Shown here in pieces: positions 23,125 through 33,930 of a DNA stretch of 64,000 nucleotides. This DNA is from Nitrosopumilus sp. (GTDB lineage: Archaea; Thermoproteota; Nitrososphaeria; Nitrososphaerales; Nitrosopumilaceae), in contig OZ244651.1 in NCBI GenBank assembly GCA_965218695.1, forward strand, positions 416,001-480,000. The letters are read 5' to 3'. The stretch's first letter is position 1, and every line of letters starts with the position of its first letter. The translations under genes were made by a program, and so were the position numbers. Under the pieces are notes generated by a model. It saw only the letters and a list, made by a program, of their open reading frames with translations, did no database searches and was not told the DNA's origin.

Positions 23125-23817
23125 GTGAAGAAGACCTTTGCAGTTGATATTGACGGCACCATTACTGAAAACGGCGGCGGCCGAATCCATCTGGACGCGC
23201 TCGGGGCGCTGCGGCGTCTGAGGGTGACCGGCCATGACGTAATATTTGTCAGCGGGCGCTCGTCCGTCGAGGGGTTCCTGCTTTCGGTGTTTGGCGGCAC
23301 CACCAACGTCGCAGTAGGCGAGAACGGCGGGTGCATCACGCTTGGCCCCGACAAGCACATTCTCCTGGGAGACATTGCACAGTGCCAAAAGGCACTAGAC
23401 ATGATCAAATCATGCATCGACGGCGTGCAAGAAAAGCCCGTGTTTCCCAGGCTGACCGAGGTCGTTCTGGAGAGGACCTTTGATTTGGATGATGCGCGGG
23501 GAATCCTCTCAGAGAACGGCCTTGACGTACAACTCTCTGACAGCCAGTATGCGTACCATCTCAACTCCCCGGGAATCGACAAGGGATCCGGCTTTAAGAG
23601 AGTAATGGCCATGAAGTCCATTGCGCGCGACGACGTGGTTGCAATAGGGGACAGCGCCACTGACATTCCGCTTTTTGAGGTTGCAGGTACAAGCATCGCC
23701 CTTGGAAACGCATCTGACCCCGTACGGTCTAGGGCCAGCATGACAGTCTCGGGCAGATCAGGCGACGGCGTAATAGAGGCACTGGACATACTGGCGCCAG
23801 GCCTATCCGGTGTGTAG
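23125..23817 (+). CDS. Phosphoglycolate phosphatase-like HAD hydrolase (subfamily IIB)
   Basis: DIDGTIT, SGRS, GENGG, DKG, GDSATD. Confidence 0.85.
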   Translation: MKKTFAVDIDGTITENGGGRIHLDALGALRRLRVTGHDVIFVSGRSSVEGFLLSVFGGTTNVAVGENGGCITLGPDKHILLGDIAQCQKALDMIKSCIDGVQEKPVFPRLTEVVLERTFDLDDARGILSENGLDVQLSDSQYAYHLNSPGIDKGSGFKRVMAMKSIARDDVVAIGDSATDIPLFEVAGTSIALGNASDPVRSRASMTVSGRSGDGVIEALDILAPGLSGV

Positions 23818-23819
23818 CG

Positions 23820-25838
<2,019 letters not shown>

Positions 25839-25869
25839 TGGGATTCTGCCTGCGGCGACCCCGTATGGG

Positions 25870-25908
25870 ATGTATGTATGTATGAATGAATGAATGAATG
25901 ACTGACTG
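25870..25908. repeat. Compound tetranucleotide microsatellite (ATGT)(ATGA)(CTGA)
   Basis: atgtatgtatgtatgaatgaatgaatgaatgactgactg just 3' of argS. Confidence 0.85.
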
Positions 25909-25954
25909 TTGTGCCGTTCCAACCTAGCCAAACGCGTATGGCCGGCAGGAGCCG

Positions 25955-26002
25955 TAGATTCATACCCCAATCCACATTTTTGAGCCCCTTATTAGGAAAT
26001 TA
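25955..26002. other. att-like site, left (core AGATTCATA followed by arm B)
   Basis: Core at 25956..25964, then CCACATTTTTGAGCCCCTTATTAGGAAA, which is inverted-homologous to the arm at 36725..36759. Confidence 0.6.
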
Positions 26003-26488
26003 AGGTTCGTGGGGAGATGACAAAGAACGTGGAAAAGCCCCCGCCCGAACCAAGGTCAAGAGAGCAGGAAAGCCTTCGACCCGAACCAAGGCCAAGAACA
26101 CGAAAAAGCCGCCTGCCAAGCCCAAGACCGGCAAGGCGAAAAGGACTCCGGCCCCCGTGTGGCATGCACGACCCCAAACAGTGTGAATGCGAACAGAAAC
26201 AGGCCAAGTGCCACCGTCTTTTGCATTACATTCAGTGCCGGTGACTGCACTCAAGAATTCTATCATGGAGTCGTGCAGGCAGTTCGCGTCCCAACGCTTC
26301 CTTGGGGGGACCATGCCCGACAACTTTCCAGCATCCACTAGTCTGAATCGGGCGGTCTCCGGCAAGGCGACCACAGTGGTTCGCATTTTCCACGCCTGCC
26401 TCCGCCGACACGGACCTGCGGCAATCCTGAACAGATTTTGCAGGGATTGCACAAAACAATGATTAGCGGCAAACCCGACTGCATGCCA

Positions 26489-26950
26489 ATGGAAATAATC
26501 CTCATGGTAGGCATTCCTGGAAGCGGCAAGTCCACGTTAGCCAGAAAGATCTTTCCGCGCCACGTCTACGTGTCCTTGGATGCAATCAAGCAGTGGAGCC
26601 GTGCCCGCCGTCAAAAAATGCTTGACAGGTATTCCGGATCCCCCGGTGACACTCTCAGCAAAGGAAGGAAGATCGAGCACGCCCTGATGACCGAAGCGTT
26701 GGACGGGGACAAGAACATAGTCGTGGACGACACCAACCTGACTTGCGAAATACGTCGCCGTCATGTGGAACTGGGCCGAGAGTACGGCGCCACGATGAAT
26801 GTCGTGTTCTTTCAGAACATCCCCCGTGCGTACGAGCGAAACAGACGCAGACCGGAGCCACTAGAGGACTATGTTCTTGACGGCAAGCGCAAGGAATTTG
26901 AACCGCCACACAAAGACGAAGGATTCGGTTACATCCAGATCATGAAGTGA
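26489..26950 (+). CDS. P-loop kinase (AAA_33 / polynucleotide kinase-like)
   Basis: GIPGSGKST, VDDTN, RNRRR lid, FEPP..EGF. Confidence 0.85.
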   Translation: MEIILMVGIPGSGKSTLARKIFPRHVYVSLDAIKQWSRARRQKMLDRYSGSPGDTLSKGRKIEHALMTEALDGDKNIVVDDTNLTCEIRRRHVELGREYGATMNVVFFQNIPRAYERNRRRPEPLEDYVLDGKRKEFEPPHKDEGFGYIQIMK

Positions 26951-27011
26951 ACCTGAGGGAAAAGGAATGTTTCGGACGCCCCCGCGTGTCCATGCGTGCT
27001 AACAATCCAAA

Positions 27012-27137
27012 TCATCGCGTCTTGTCCTGCGCATCCATGATATCTCTTGTCGTCTCGTAGGAATAACGGAACGCCATAAGCAACACCATCGTGTCAATCA
27101 CGGCGTATTTTTTGGTCGGATCCAAATCGTCCCATGC
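27012..27137 (-). pseudogene. PIN-domain-like fragment
   Basis: KKYAVIDTMVLL resembles the PIN first strand (xxDTxxL); stops about 40 codons after the start. Confidence 0.4.
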
Positions 27138-27951
27138 CATCCCTCCTGCGATCCCATGTCGCTTTCTACTGCATCGCGAGCAGTTTAAGGGCATTCTGAA
27201 TCACATGGTATGGCTTGCGGCTTTCAGTTTTTTCAGGTATCCTGCCGTGTCGATGTCACTTCTGCACTCCAGATCTCCACGGAAATAATTGCGTATCGCC
27301 CTGTCCATCAGTTCCGACGCCCCCTCTATGGACTCGTGCGTGGCGCAGAACACCACGGCTCCATTTGGTGATGATGCTGTTTGGACTGCAAAGTGGAAGA
27401 ACATAAAACAGGAAATCCGGATCAAGATTTGCCTGTACAACCGCATGATGCGCGCATCACAGGAGCCAATCGCAATGACGTGAGGCAAAGATGCATCTTG
27501 CCATACTGTCTTGATCATGAAGGTGGAACTGTAGGGAGGTTGTGCAACTCCCATGTGTTACGGGTATCCAAACCCGTTGATGTCATGTGTTGGCAATACG
27601 TCTGATCCAGTCCGATTTGGGTTGGTCGGGCTGTTTTTTAAAGATTTGTGGGCAGGTTCGACGTAAATCGGATATTTTGATCATTATTGCCCCCGATCCT
27701 GCAGAATCCGATGCAAATGTCATGGCTCGTGTGCAGGTACAGGCAGGCGTTGCGCGCGGATTTGGATGAATGGCACACAGCTACCGCTAGGAATCTCTCC
27801 GTATCCGGAGGAAAAGCAGGCCAAACTCCTACAGTCAATATCGTTTTCGGCAAGCCGGAGGGGGACAAGAGGGGGCGTTGAGCCGCCCCTCATCTGTGCA
27901 GGGGCGGCAAAACGCACCCGGGGTTGTTTAATCTCCCCATGGCGCCCAGAC

Positions 27952-29019
27952 TCAGGATTCGGCGATGCGCTTTATTCTCTGGAATTTTCGTCTGACAAAA
28001 TCCCTGTCCTGGGTCCTGTACTCGGCGTCGTGTTCAAGCATCTCCCAGACCCATTCGAGCATCTGCCTGGCCACGGCAACCCTTGCCTTCATGGGCCCTA
28101 TGCGGGCTGCCAGTCTCTGGTAGCGTGCCCCTATCCGGGCATCGTGCCGGACTGCGACGAAGGCGGCCTCGACCATGGCGCGGCGCAGCCAGACAGAACC
28201 GCGCTTTGTGATGCCACCGGTCCTGACTGTCTCCCCGCTGTTGCGGTGTTTTGGCGCCAGGCCTGCATACGAGACCAGCTTTTCGGCGTTGGCGAACCTC
28301 TTGTGGTCGACTATTTCGGCAAGTATGGTTACTGCCGTGACGTATCCTATTCCGGGTATGGTCATGATCAGTCGTGCCCGCCTGTCGCTCATCGCAATCC
28401 CGGCTATCTTTTTTTCAAATTTTGACACCTGCTTTAGTATGGTGTCGATGATGGCTAGGTGCGACTGCACCGCCATGCAGTCAACCTCCCTCAGGGGCAC
28501 GTCCTGCAGCCACTCGATGCCCTGCTCCGTAAACAGCCCCCCTTTGGGCTGCTCGTGCGGGTATTTGGCCAGGATCGCGTGGATGCGGTTCTTGGGGCCT
28601 GAGGCGGACATCTTCATGTCCAGGCGGGTGCGGGTCAGTTCGCGCAGATCCCGCGCGGGCTTGTCGGCCACGAACGATTCGGGGATCATGTCCAGCCTGC
28701 ACAGGTCTGCCAGCTTTTCCGAGTCGGCCTTGTCGTTTTTGTACACGGTTTCGGTTATTATCTTCGTGTTGTGCGGGTGGGCCAGCAGGGTGTCGATGCC
28801 CGCATCCTCGAGCATGTCGTGCACGACTATCCAGTAGTTGGCCGTGGATTCGCAGACGGCCGTGGCCGGCACGTACCCTTCCTTGTGGATCATCTTGATG
28901 AATCCGGTTATTCCCCGAACGTTGTTGTCAAATTCAGTCTGCTTTAGTATGTCCTTGGTACTTCCCTTGATCGTTGTAACGCATTTCTTTTTGTGAACGT
29001 CTATTCCAACGTAATACGT
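27952..29019 (-). CDS. IS110-family DEDD recombinase (ACG at the expected start position)
   Basis: GIDVHK, CESTA, KNDKAD, IPGIG, YAGLAP..NSG; GGAGGTGA ribosome site followed by ACG-TAT-TAC. The ORF track extends to 29070. Confidence 0.9.
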   Translation of the reverse strand, partial: TYYVGIDVHKKKCVTTIKGSTKDILKQTEFDNNVRGITGFIKMIHKEGYVPATAVCESTANYWIVVHDMLEDAGIDTLLAHPHNTKIITETVYKNDKADSEKLADLCRLDMIPESFVADKPARDLRELTRTRLDMKMSASGPKNRIHAILAKYPHEQPKGGLFTEQGIEWLQDVPLREVDCMAVQSHLAIIDTILKQVSKFEKKIAGIAMSDRRARLIMTIPGIGYVTAVTILAEIVDHKRFANAEKLVSYAGLAPKHRNSGETVRTGGITKRGSVWLRRAMVEAAFVAVRHDARIGARYQRLAARIGPMKARVAVARQMLEWVWEMLEHDAEYRTQDRDFVRRKFQRIKRIAES

Positions 29020-29055
29020 GTTATCACCTCCTTTGCAGTGTATCGGACCCGACCA

Positions 29056-29160
29056 GCGGAAAACTCCCATTCACCGTCAAAGCGGTATTTGACCATCCGC
29101 ATACCTTGAGTCACTCTAACTAACGCCCTCATACGTGGCAAGTTGCACTCGACTCTCAGG
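29056..29160 (-). ncRNA. Predicted bridge/seek RNA of IS110 element A
   Basis: Two hairpins with internal loops. Segments GUGCAACU and UAGUUAG match the two flanks, and AUGGGAG matches the element end. Confidence 0.8.
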
Positions 29161-29264
29161 TCCAACAGGGTAAATGCCATGATCGCCGCTATAACGGCAA
29201 CACATGGCGTCTAACTACGTTCGCCACTACACGCTATGAAACAAATGATGCCCGAACCGGCCAT

Positions 29265-29346
29265 GAGTTTCCTACAAGACAGTCCAAAAATGAGGGCTAA
29301 GATTCATAGCTAAAACCACATTTTTGGACAAGTTTTTAGGAAAGTC
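29265..29346. other. att-like site, central (82-bp imperfect palindrome, core AGATTCATA)
   Basis: TTTCCTA..GTCCAAAAATG-AGGGCTA-AGATTCATA-GCTAAAACCA-CATTTTTGGAC..TAGGAAA; core at 29300..29308. Confidence 0.65.
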
Positions 29347-29585
29347 GCGTTTTGTTTTGGCGTCGTCGGATTCATTGCATGTAGTGCAACATGGCAGGAC
29401 TTAAACCCCTATGGGCAACAACGTGCCGCCTACCTGTCAAACATGGCTAACGTATACCAAAAGTGAAAAGTTGATGCGATTGTCACATATTTTACCACAT
29501 CTAAAGTTATACCAATTTCACGTCCCACAGTCAATGAAGATCAAGACGATGTTGAAAAGATACGCCGCTGAGACAGACTGCGATA

Positions 29586-30839
29586 TACCAAAAGTGAAAA
29601 GTTGATGCGATTGTCACATATTTTACCACATCTAAAGTTATACCAATTTCACGTCCCACAGTCAATGAAGATCAAGACGATGTTGAAAAGATACGCCGCT
29701 GAGACAGACTGCGATACCAAGGACCGCATGATGCTGATCATCAGAGTCAAACGTGATGGAATAACCATGAGGGATTCTGCAAAATCCCTGGGAAAGTCAG
29801 CCTCGTGGGGCTACAAGTGGCACGAGCGCTACCTGGAAGTCGGATTTGACAGGCTGGGAAACATGCCGCGCTCCGGCAGGCCGACCAAGGCGAGCAAGGC
29901 AGACATGAAGAAGATCAGAAAGGCCGCATGCAGGAAACCTGTCTGGACTGGCATGGAGATGCAGCAATACATCCAACAGAAGACCGGAGTGAAGTACGAA
30001 CTCGGATATGTGCGCCAGATACTGCGCGGGTGGGGCTATTCCCAAAAGGTTCCCGTAGGAAAACATGCAAGAAGGGCGCCTGACGAGGAGATCAGGAAAT
30101 TCCAAAAAGAGATGCCAGAGCTTATAAAAAAAAGAACAGTGAAGGAACAGTCGTAGCGATACAGGACGAGTCCATAGTAATCTCCGATGCGCGGCCGCGA
30201 AGACGCGGCTACACCAGGAAGGGAATACGGGCGTTTTTCACGTACACCGGCTCACACTCCAAGACGATAATCCATGGACTAATCACCACGGACGGCAGGG
30301 GCATGTTCCGGCAGTACGATGCGTTTACCAAGGACACCTTTGAGGACTTTCTAAGGCAGGCGATGTACAGGTTCAAGAAGATCTGCCTGATCATGGACAA
30401 GGCCTCCCAGCACAGGGCATCAAACATACGCAAACTGCTTGATGGCACAGACGGCCTGGAGATAATCTTCCTGCCAACTGCGACCCCGGACCTGAGCGCC
30501 ATAGAGACGTACTGGAGGGATCTCAAACGGGCAGTGCTTGACGTGCCGTACACCAGCCTGAGCATGCTCCGCGAGGCGATCACCAGGTACGCGAGGTACA
30601 AAAAACCAAATCTGGTAGTCGAGAATTTTCTGTACAGGGCCATCTAGAACGACATCAAACCACACCGGATCCACGCCGCCTAGCGTGTGCCATGCACGGC
30701 GCATCAGAGCATGCAATGTCTAATGTTCGGGGCGTCTTTTCTCGTCATTTGGGAATTCAACGCACCTCGTAATTTCCAGAGATGGATGTCGCATCAAAAA
30801 TTTATGAGCGATTTTGATATGAATTTTTCATTGCTGGTA
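29586..30839 (+). mobile_element. IS630-family element, inner intact copy
   Basis: TIRs TACCA..A.TGAAAA.TT.AT; TA duplication at 29584..29585 and 30840..30841. Confidence 0.9.
29665..30647 (+). CDS. IS630 transposase in two frames joined by a probable -1 frameshift at A8 (30126..30133)
   Basis: HTH part (RSGRP) ends at 30156; the -1 frame gives QDES, MDKASQH, PDLSAIE. Confidence 0.8.
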
Positions 30840-30982
30840 TACCAAGGACCGCACCTATGTTAACCACCCCGGAGCATTTACCACGATAATCCCGCTATAT
30901 TTCCGGTCTGTGCCTGAGTTGCACGGTACATCATTTATAGCTGACGCTGGGCAGCATGATCAGGATGCAGGATCCGCCAGGT

Positions 30983-32074
30983 TCACTTCTGGCGCGCCCT
31001 TTTCATCTTGGCCAGCTTGCGTCTGTACAGTCTTTCGTTGTGTGACGAGTATATCGTCCTGGTATTGAGCATGTGCCATGCTATGGTGAGCATCTTGTTT
31101 GCCACCACCACTACGGCAGGCCCGTGCTTGTCTGCATGTCTCCTGCGTGCAGACTCGTATACTGCCGCCATCCTGTCATCATGCCGCACCGCGGTGTTTG
31201 CAGCCTCCATCATGGCCCAGTTGACAATTTTGTTGCGGTCAATCTTTTTTATCCTTCCAGTATACAGCTGGTTGCCGGACTGGTAGACTACGGGACACAT
31301 GCCTGCCCACGAGACCAGGTTTTTCGGGCTCTCAAACCTGGAGATATCCCCTATCTCTGCTGCAAGCAGCAGTGCGGTGTATGTTCCCAGACCGGTCAGG
31401 CTTGCAAGAATCTCTGCGTCCTCGTTTTGTGCCGCCTCCCTGTCAAGGCATTCGTCCATGACTGCTATCTCCTCGGTCAGGTTTCTCATCTGCCGGACGC
31501 ATTGCTGGAGCACCATCTCGTCATGTGCAGAGCCGAGGCCTGCGGATTCCAGCTGTTCTGTTGCCTTTGCAGAATACATATCAGTGGCCTCCACTGCCAC
31601 GTCATACCTGTCAAGCAGGGCGTGGACGCGGTTTATCACGCGCGTCCTGTCTTGGACGATCCTTATCCTCTGCCTGACCATCTGCCTTATCCCCCTGATG
31701 TTGGCAGGCGGCACGTAGCACTCGGGTATCATGTCCATCCTCAACACCTGTGCAATCTTCTCTGCATCCACCCTGTCTGTCTTTTTTCCTGTCTTTGTAA
31801 TTATGGCCATCTTGAACGTGTTGGCAAGCTTGATCTCTATTCCTGCACCCTCAAATGCGGCATATGTGATGTTCCACATGTTGCCCGTAGTCTCGCATGC
31901 CGCGCGGCATCCCCTGCGGGCGTACCTGCGTGCGGCCTTTTCTGCAAACTCCTTTGCGCTTGCTGCCGTGTTTGGGTACTGCCCTCGTTGGAGGACCTTC
32001 CCCCTTTTGTCGACCACGCACACGTCACACTTTTTCTTTCCGATGTCTATTCCTATGCTTATGTTTGTGTTCAT
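30983..32074 (-). CDS. IS110-family DEDD recombinase
   Basis: GIDIGK, CETTG, KTDRVD, LTGLG, WAGMCP..QSG; GGAGGTGA ribosome site. Confidence 0.92.
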   Translation of the reverse strand: MNTNISIGIDIGKKKCDVCVVDKRGKVLQRGQYPNTAASAKEFAEKAARRYARRGCRAACETTGNMWNITYAAFEGAGIEIKLANTFKMAIITKTGKKTDRVDAEKIAQVLRMDMIPECYVPPANIRGIRQMVRQRIRIVQDRTRVINRVHALLDRYDVAVEATDMYSAKATEQLESAGLGSAHDEMVLQQCVRQMRNLTEEIAVMDECLDREAAQNEDAEILASLTGLGTYTALLLAAEIGDISRFESPKNLVSWAGMCPVVYQSGNQLYTGRIKKIDRNKIVNWAMMEAANTAVRHDDRMAAVYESARRRHADKHGPAVVVVANKMLTIAWHMLNTRTIYSSHNERLYRRKLAKMKRARQK

Positions 32075-32115
32075 CCTTTTCTATCACCTCCTTTCGGATA
32101 TCTTGGTAGACCGGA

Positions 32116-32219
32116 AGCTGCACTCACCTATCAGGGCGCGAGGCCCAATTATACAGCAGCTCGGATTGCCCCATTCATGATCAAGGGCGCGTAGCCCATA
32201 CGGTACGAGGGGTCGATCC
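32116..32219 (-). ncRNA. Predicted bridge/seek RNA of IS110 element B
   Basis: Stems GGAU..CCCC/GGGG..AUCC and AGCUGC/GCAGCU, each enclosing a GGGC-N5-GCCC hairpin. Loop strands match target (ACCGUA, AUCAUG) and donor (UGUAU, AUAGGUG). Confidence 0.8.
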
Positions 32220-32695
32220 ACCGCAGCACCTGCGCCGGGGTGGTTTACATGTATTCATGATGCTGATCATCAGAGTCAAACGTGATGGAATAACCATGAG
32301 GGATTCTGCAAAATCCCTGGGAAAGTCAGCCTCGTGGGGCTACAAGTGGCACGAGCGCTACCTGGAAGTCGGATTTGACAGGCTGGGAAACATGCCGCGC
32401 TCCGGCAGGCCGACCAAGGCGAGCAAGGCAGACATGAAGAAGATCAGAAAGGCCGCATGCAGGAAACCTGTCTGGACTGGCATGGAGATGCAGCAATACA
32501 TCCAACAGAAGACCGGAGTAAAGTACGAACTCGGATATGTGCGCCAGATACTGCGCGGGTGGGGCTATTCCCAAAAGGTTCCCGTAGGAAAACATGCAAG
32601 AAGGGCGCCTGACGAGGAGATCAGGAAATTCCAAAAAGAGATGCCAGAGATTATAAAAAAAGAACAGTGAAGGAACAGTCGTCGCGATACAGGAC

Positions 32696-33930
32696 GGCGT
32701 TGTCCACCTTTTGATAATCCTGCTCTATTTCACACTATTTTTGGTTCATTTTGGCATCCCAAACCTGGACTCTGAAGGGGTTTCTGGTGTCGGCAGGCTT
32801 GCGGTTGGTCGTTTTTGAGCCGTTTTCATCTAGTGGTGCATGGCATCCGCTGGAACCGGAAACCGGCATTCTGCCCCTACCGGGACCCCTATGCTATCAG
32901 GTTGTAGCAGATGCTTCGCAGGATTATCTGGAGTCTCTGCATGGGAAACGTCTTTGCGGCCACGACGGAACCGAACCTCTCCTTCATGGATGAGAACACG
33001 GACTCGACAAGACTGCGCTGGTGGTACACCTTCTCGAACCCTTCCCGATCCCGCCTGAACCAGCGGAGCATCTCTGCCCTGGGATTGAAGCCCTTTGCGG
33101 TGTGGTTCTTGCGGGGCCAGATCACCGGTTTTCTGCCGCTGTCGTAGATCATCTTGCAGTTTGCGTGCGCGTCATACGCCGAATCCAGCATGACGTGCCC
33201 GTCGCCGTCTGGCGTGCGGGCAAACATCTTCCGGAATATCGGCGAGTCGTGGGCAAGTCCGGGCGTCACCATGCATGCGGCGATCCTTCCGTGCGGGGCT
33301 ACCAGTATGTGCAGCTTGACGAACTGACGCCTGGGTATGATGCCCTTCTTGGCATCCTCCCAGTCGGCGTAGATGTTGATGGAAAATCCGCTTGCGTCCC
33401 CAAGGAGCGGACCGTGAGCGTCACTCCCTGCCTGTCCCAGGATCACTTCCATCAGAATCTTCTGCTTTTCTGCCAGCCTCTTGGCTGCCGCATGCAGGCA
33501 CGATTTGGACGGAACGGCTTTTAAGCCGCAGACGTGCAGTGAACCTGGGTTTGCCTCGAGGTACGAGACGTGTTCCCGGTACGAGTTGCCGCGAAACTCC
33601 TTGTCCATGAGGCAGATCAAGTAGGAGATCATGCGCCGGTCCTTGTCGGACTTGGGCTTGCAGATCTCGTACAGGATGGTGGTAAGGGCGAGGATTCCGA
33701 TTGACACTCGTTTCCCCTCCCCACTCCTTCGCATCTCGTATTTTTTGCTGTAGCCTTTCGGGCGCACCCATTTCTTCTTGTCTTCCTTGTCTCTGTTCTT
33801 TGCTTTCCTCTTTTTTCTATTGGAATTCATTAATTGTGGGCAGGATCGGTGATCCAAAACTTTTCGGATGTCTGACGCTAATGATCTTTAAGCGTAACGC
33901 TGCTTTTTTGAGGAAGATGTGGACAACGCC
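32696..33930 (-). mobile_element. IS5-like element (type b), copy 1
   Basis: TIR GGCGTTGTCCAC; 10-bp TSD GATACAGGAC at 32686..32695 and 33931..33940. Confidence 0.92.
32889..33857 (-). CDS. IS5-like DDE transposase
   Basis: GDASGF, KLH, LDSAYD, YHQRSLVES. Confidence 0.88.
   Translation of the reverse strand: MDHRSCPQLMNSNRKKRKAKNRDKEDKKKWVRPKGYSKKYEMRRSGEGKRVSIGILALTTILYEICKPKSDKDRRMISYLICLMDKEFRGNSYREHVSYLEANPGSLHVCGLKAVPSKSCLHAAAKRLAEKQKILMEVILGQAGSDAHGPLLGDASGFSINIYADWEDAKKGIIPRRQFVKLHILVAPHGRIAACMVTPGLAHDSPIFRKMFARTPDGDGHVMLDSAYDAHANCKMIYDSGRKPVIWPRKNHTAKGFNPRAEMLRWFRRDREGFEKVYHQRSLVESVFSSMKERFGSVVAAKTFPMQRLQIILRSICYNLIA

Larger units (their letters stand above)
27550..29210 (-). mobile_element. 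IS110/IS1111-type element A
   Basis: CT core at 27548..27549 and 29211..29212; sub-terminal inverted repeats CCATGTGTT; ends confirmed by matches to guide segments in its own non-coding region. Confidence 0.85.
30854..32255 (-). mobile_element. IS110/IS1111-type element B
   Basis: Interrupts IS630 sequence GACCG-CA-TGATG with CA at both junctions (30852..30853, 32256..32257); 20-bp sub-terminal IR ATGT(T/A)AACCACCCCGG(A/C)GCA. Confidence 0.92.

Noticed and set aside
26010-26190. Lys/Pro-rich histone H1-like reading frame
   Set aside because: Short, low complexity, no clear start; unsupported.
27930-27945. CATGGCG near the stop codon as the end of IS110 A
   Set aside because: Guide matches and sub-terminal repeats place the end at 27548..27550.
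29453-29715. 131-bp tandem duplication as an assembly artefact or novel repeat
   Set aside because: Fully explained by IS630 inserting into its own left end at a TA.
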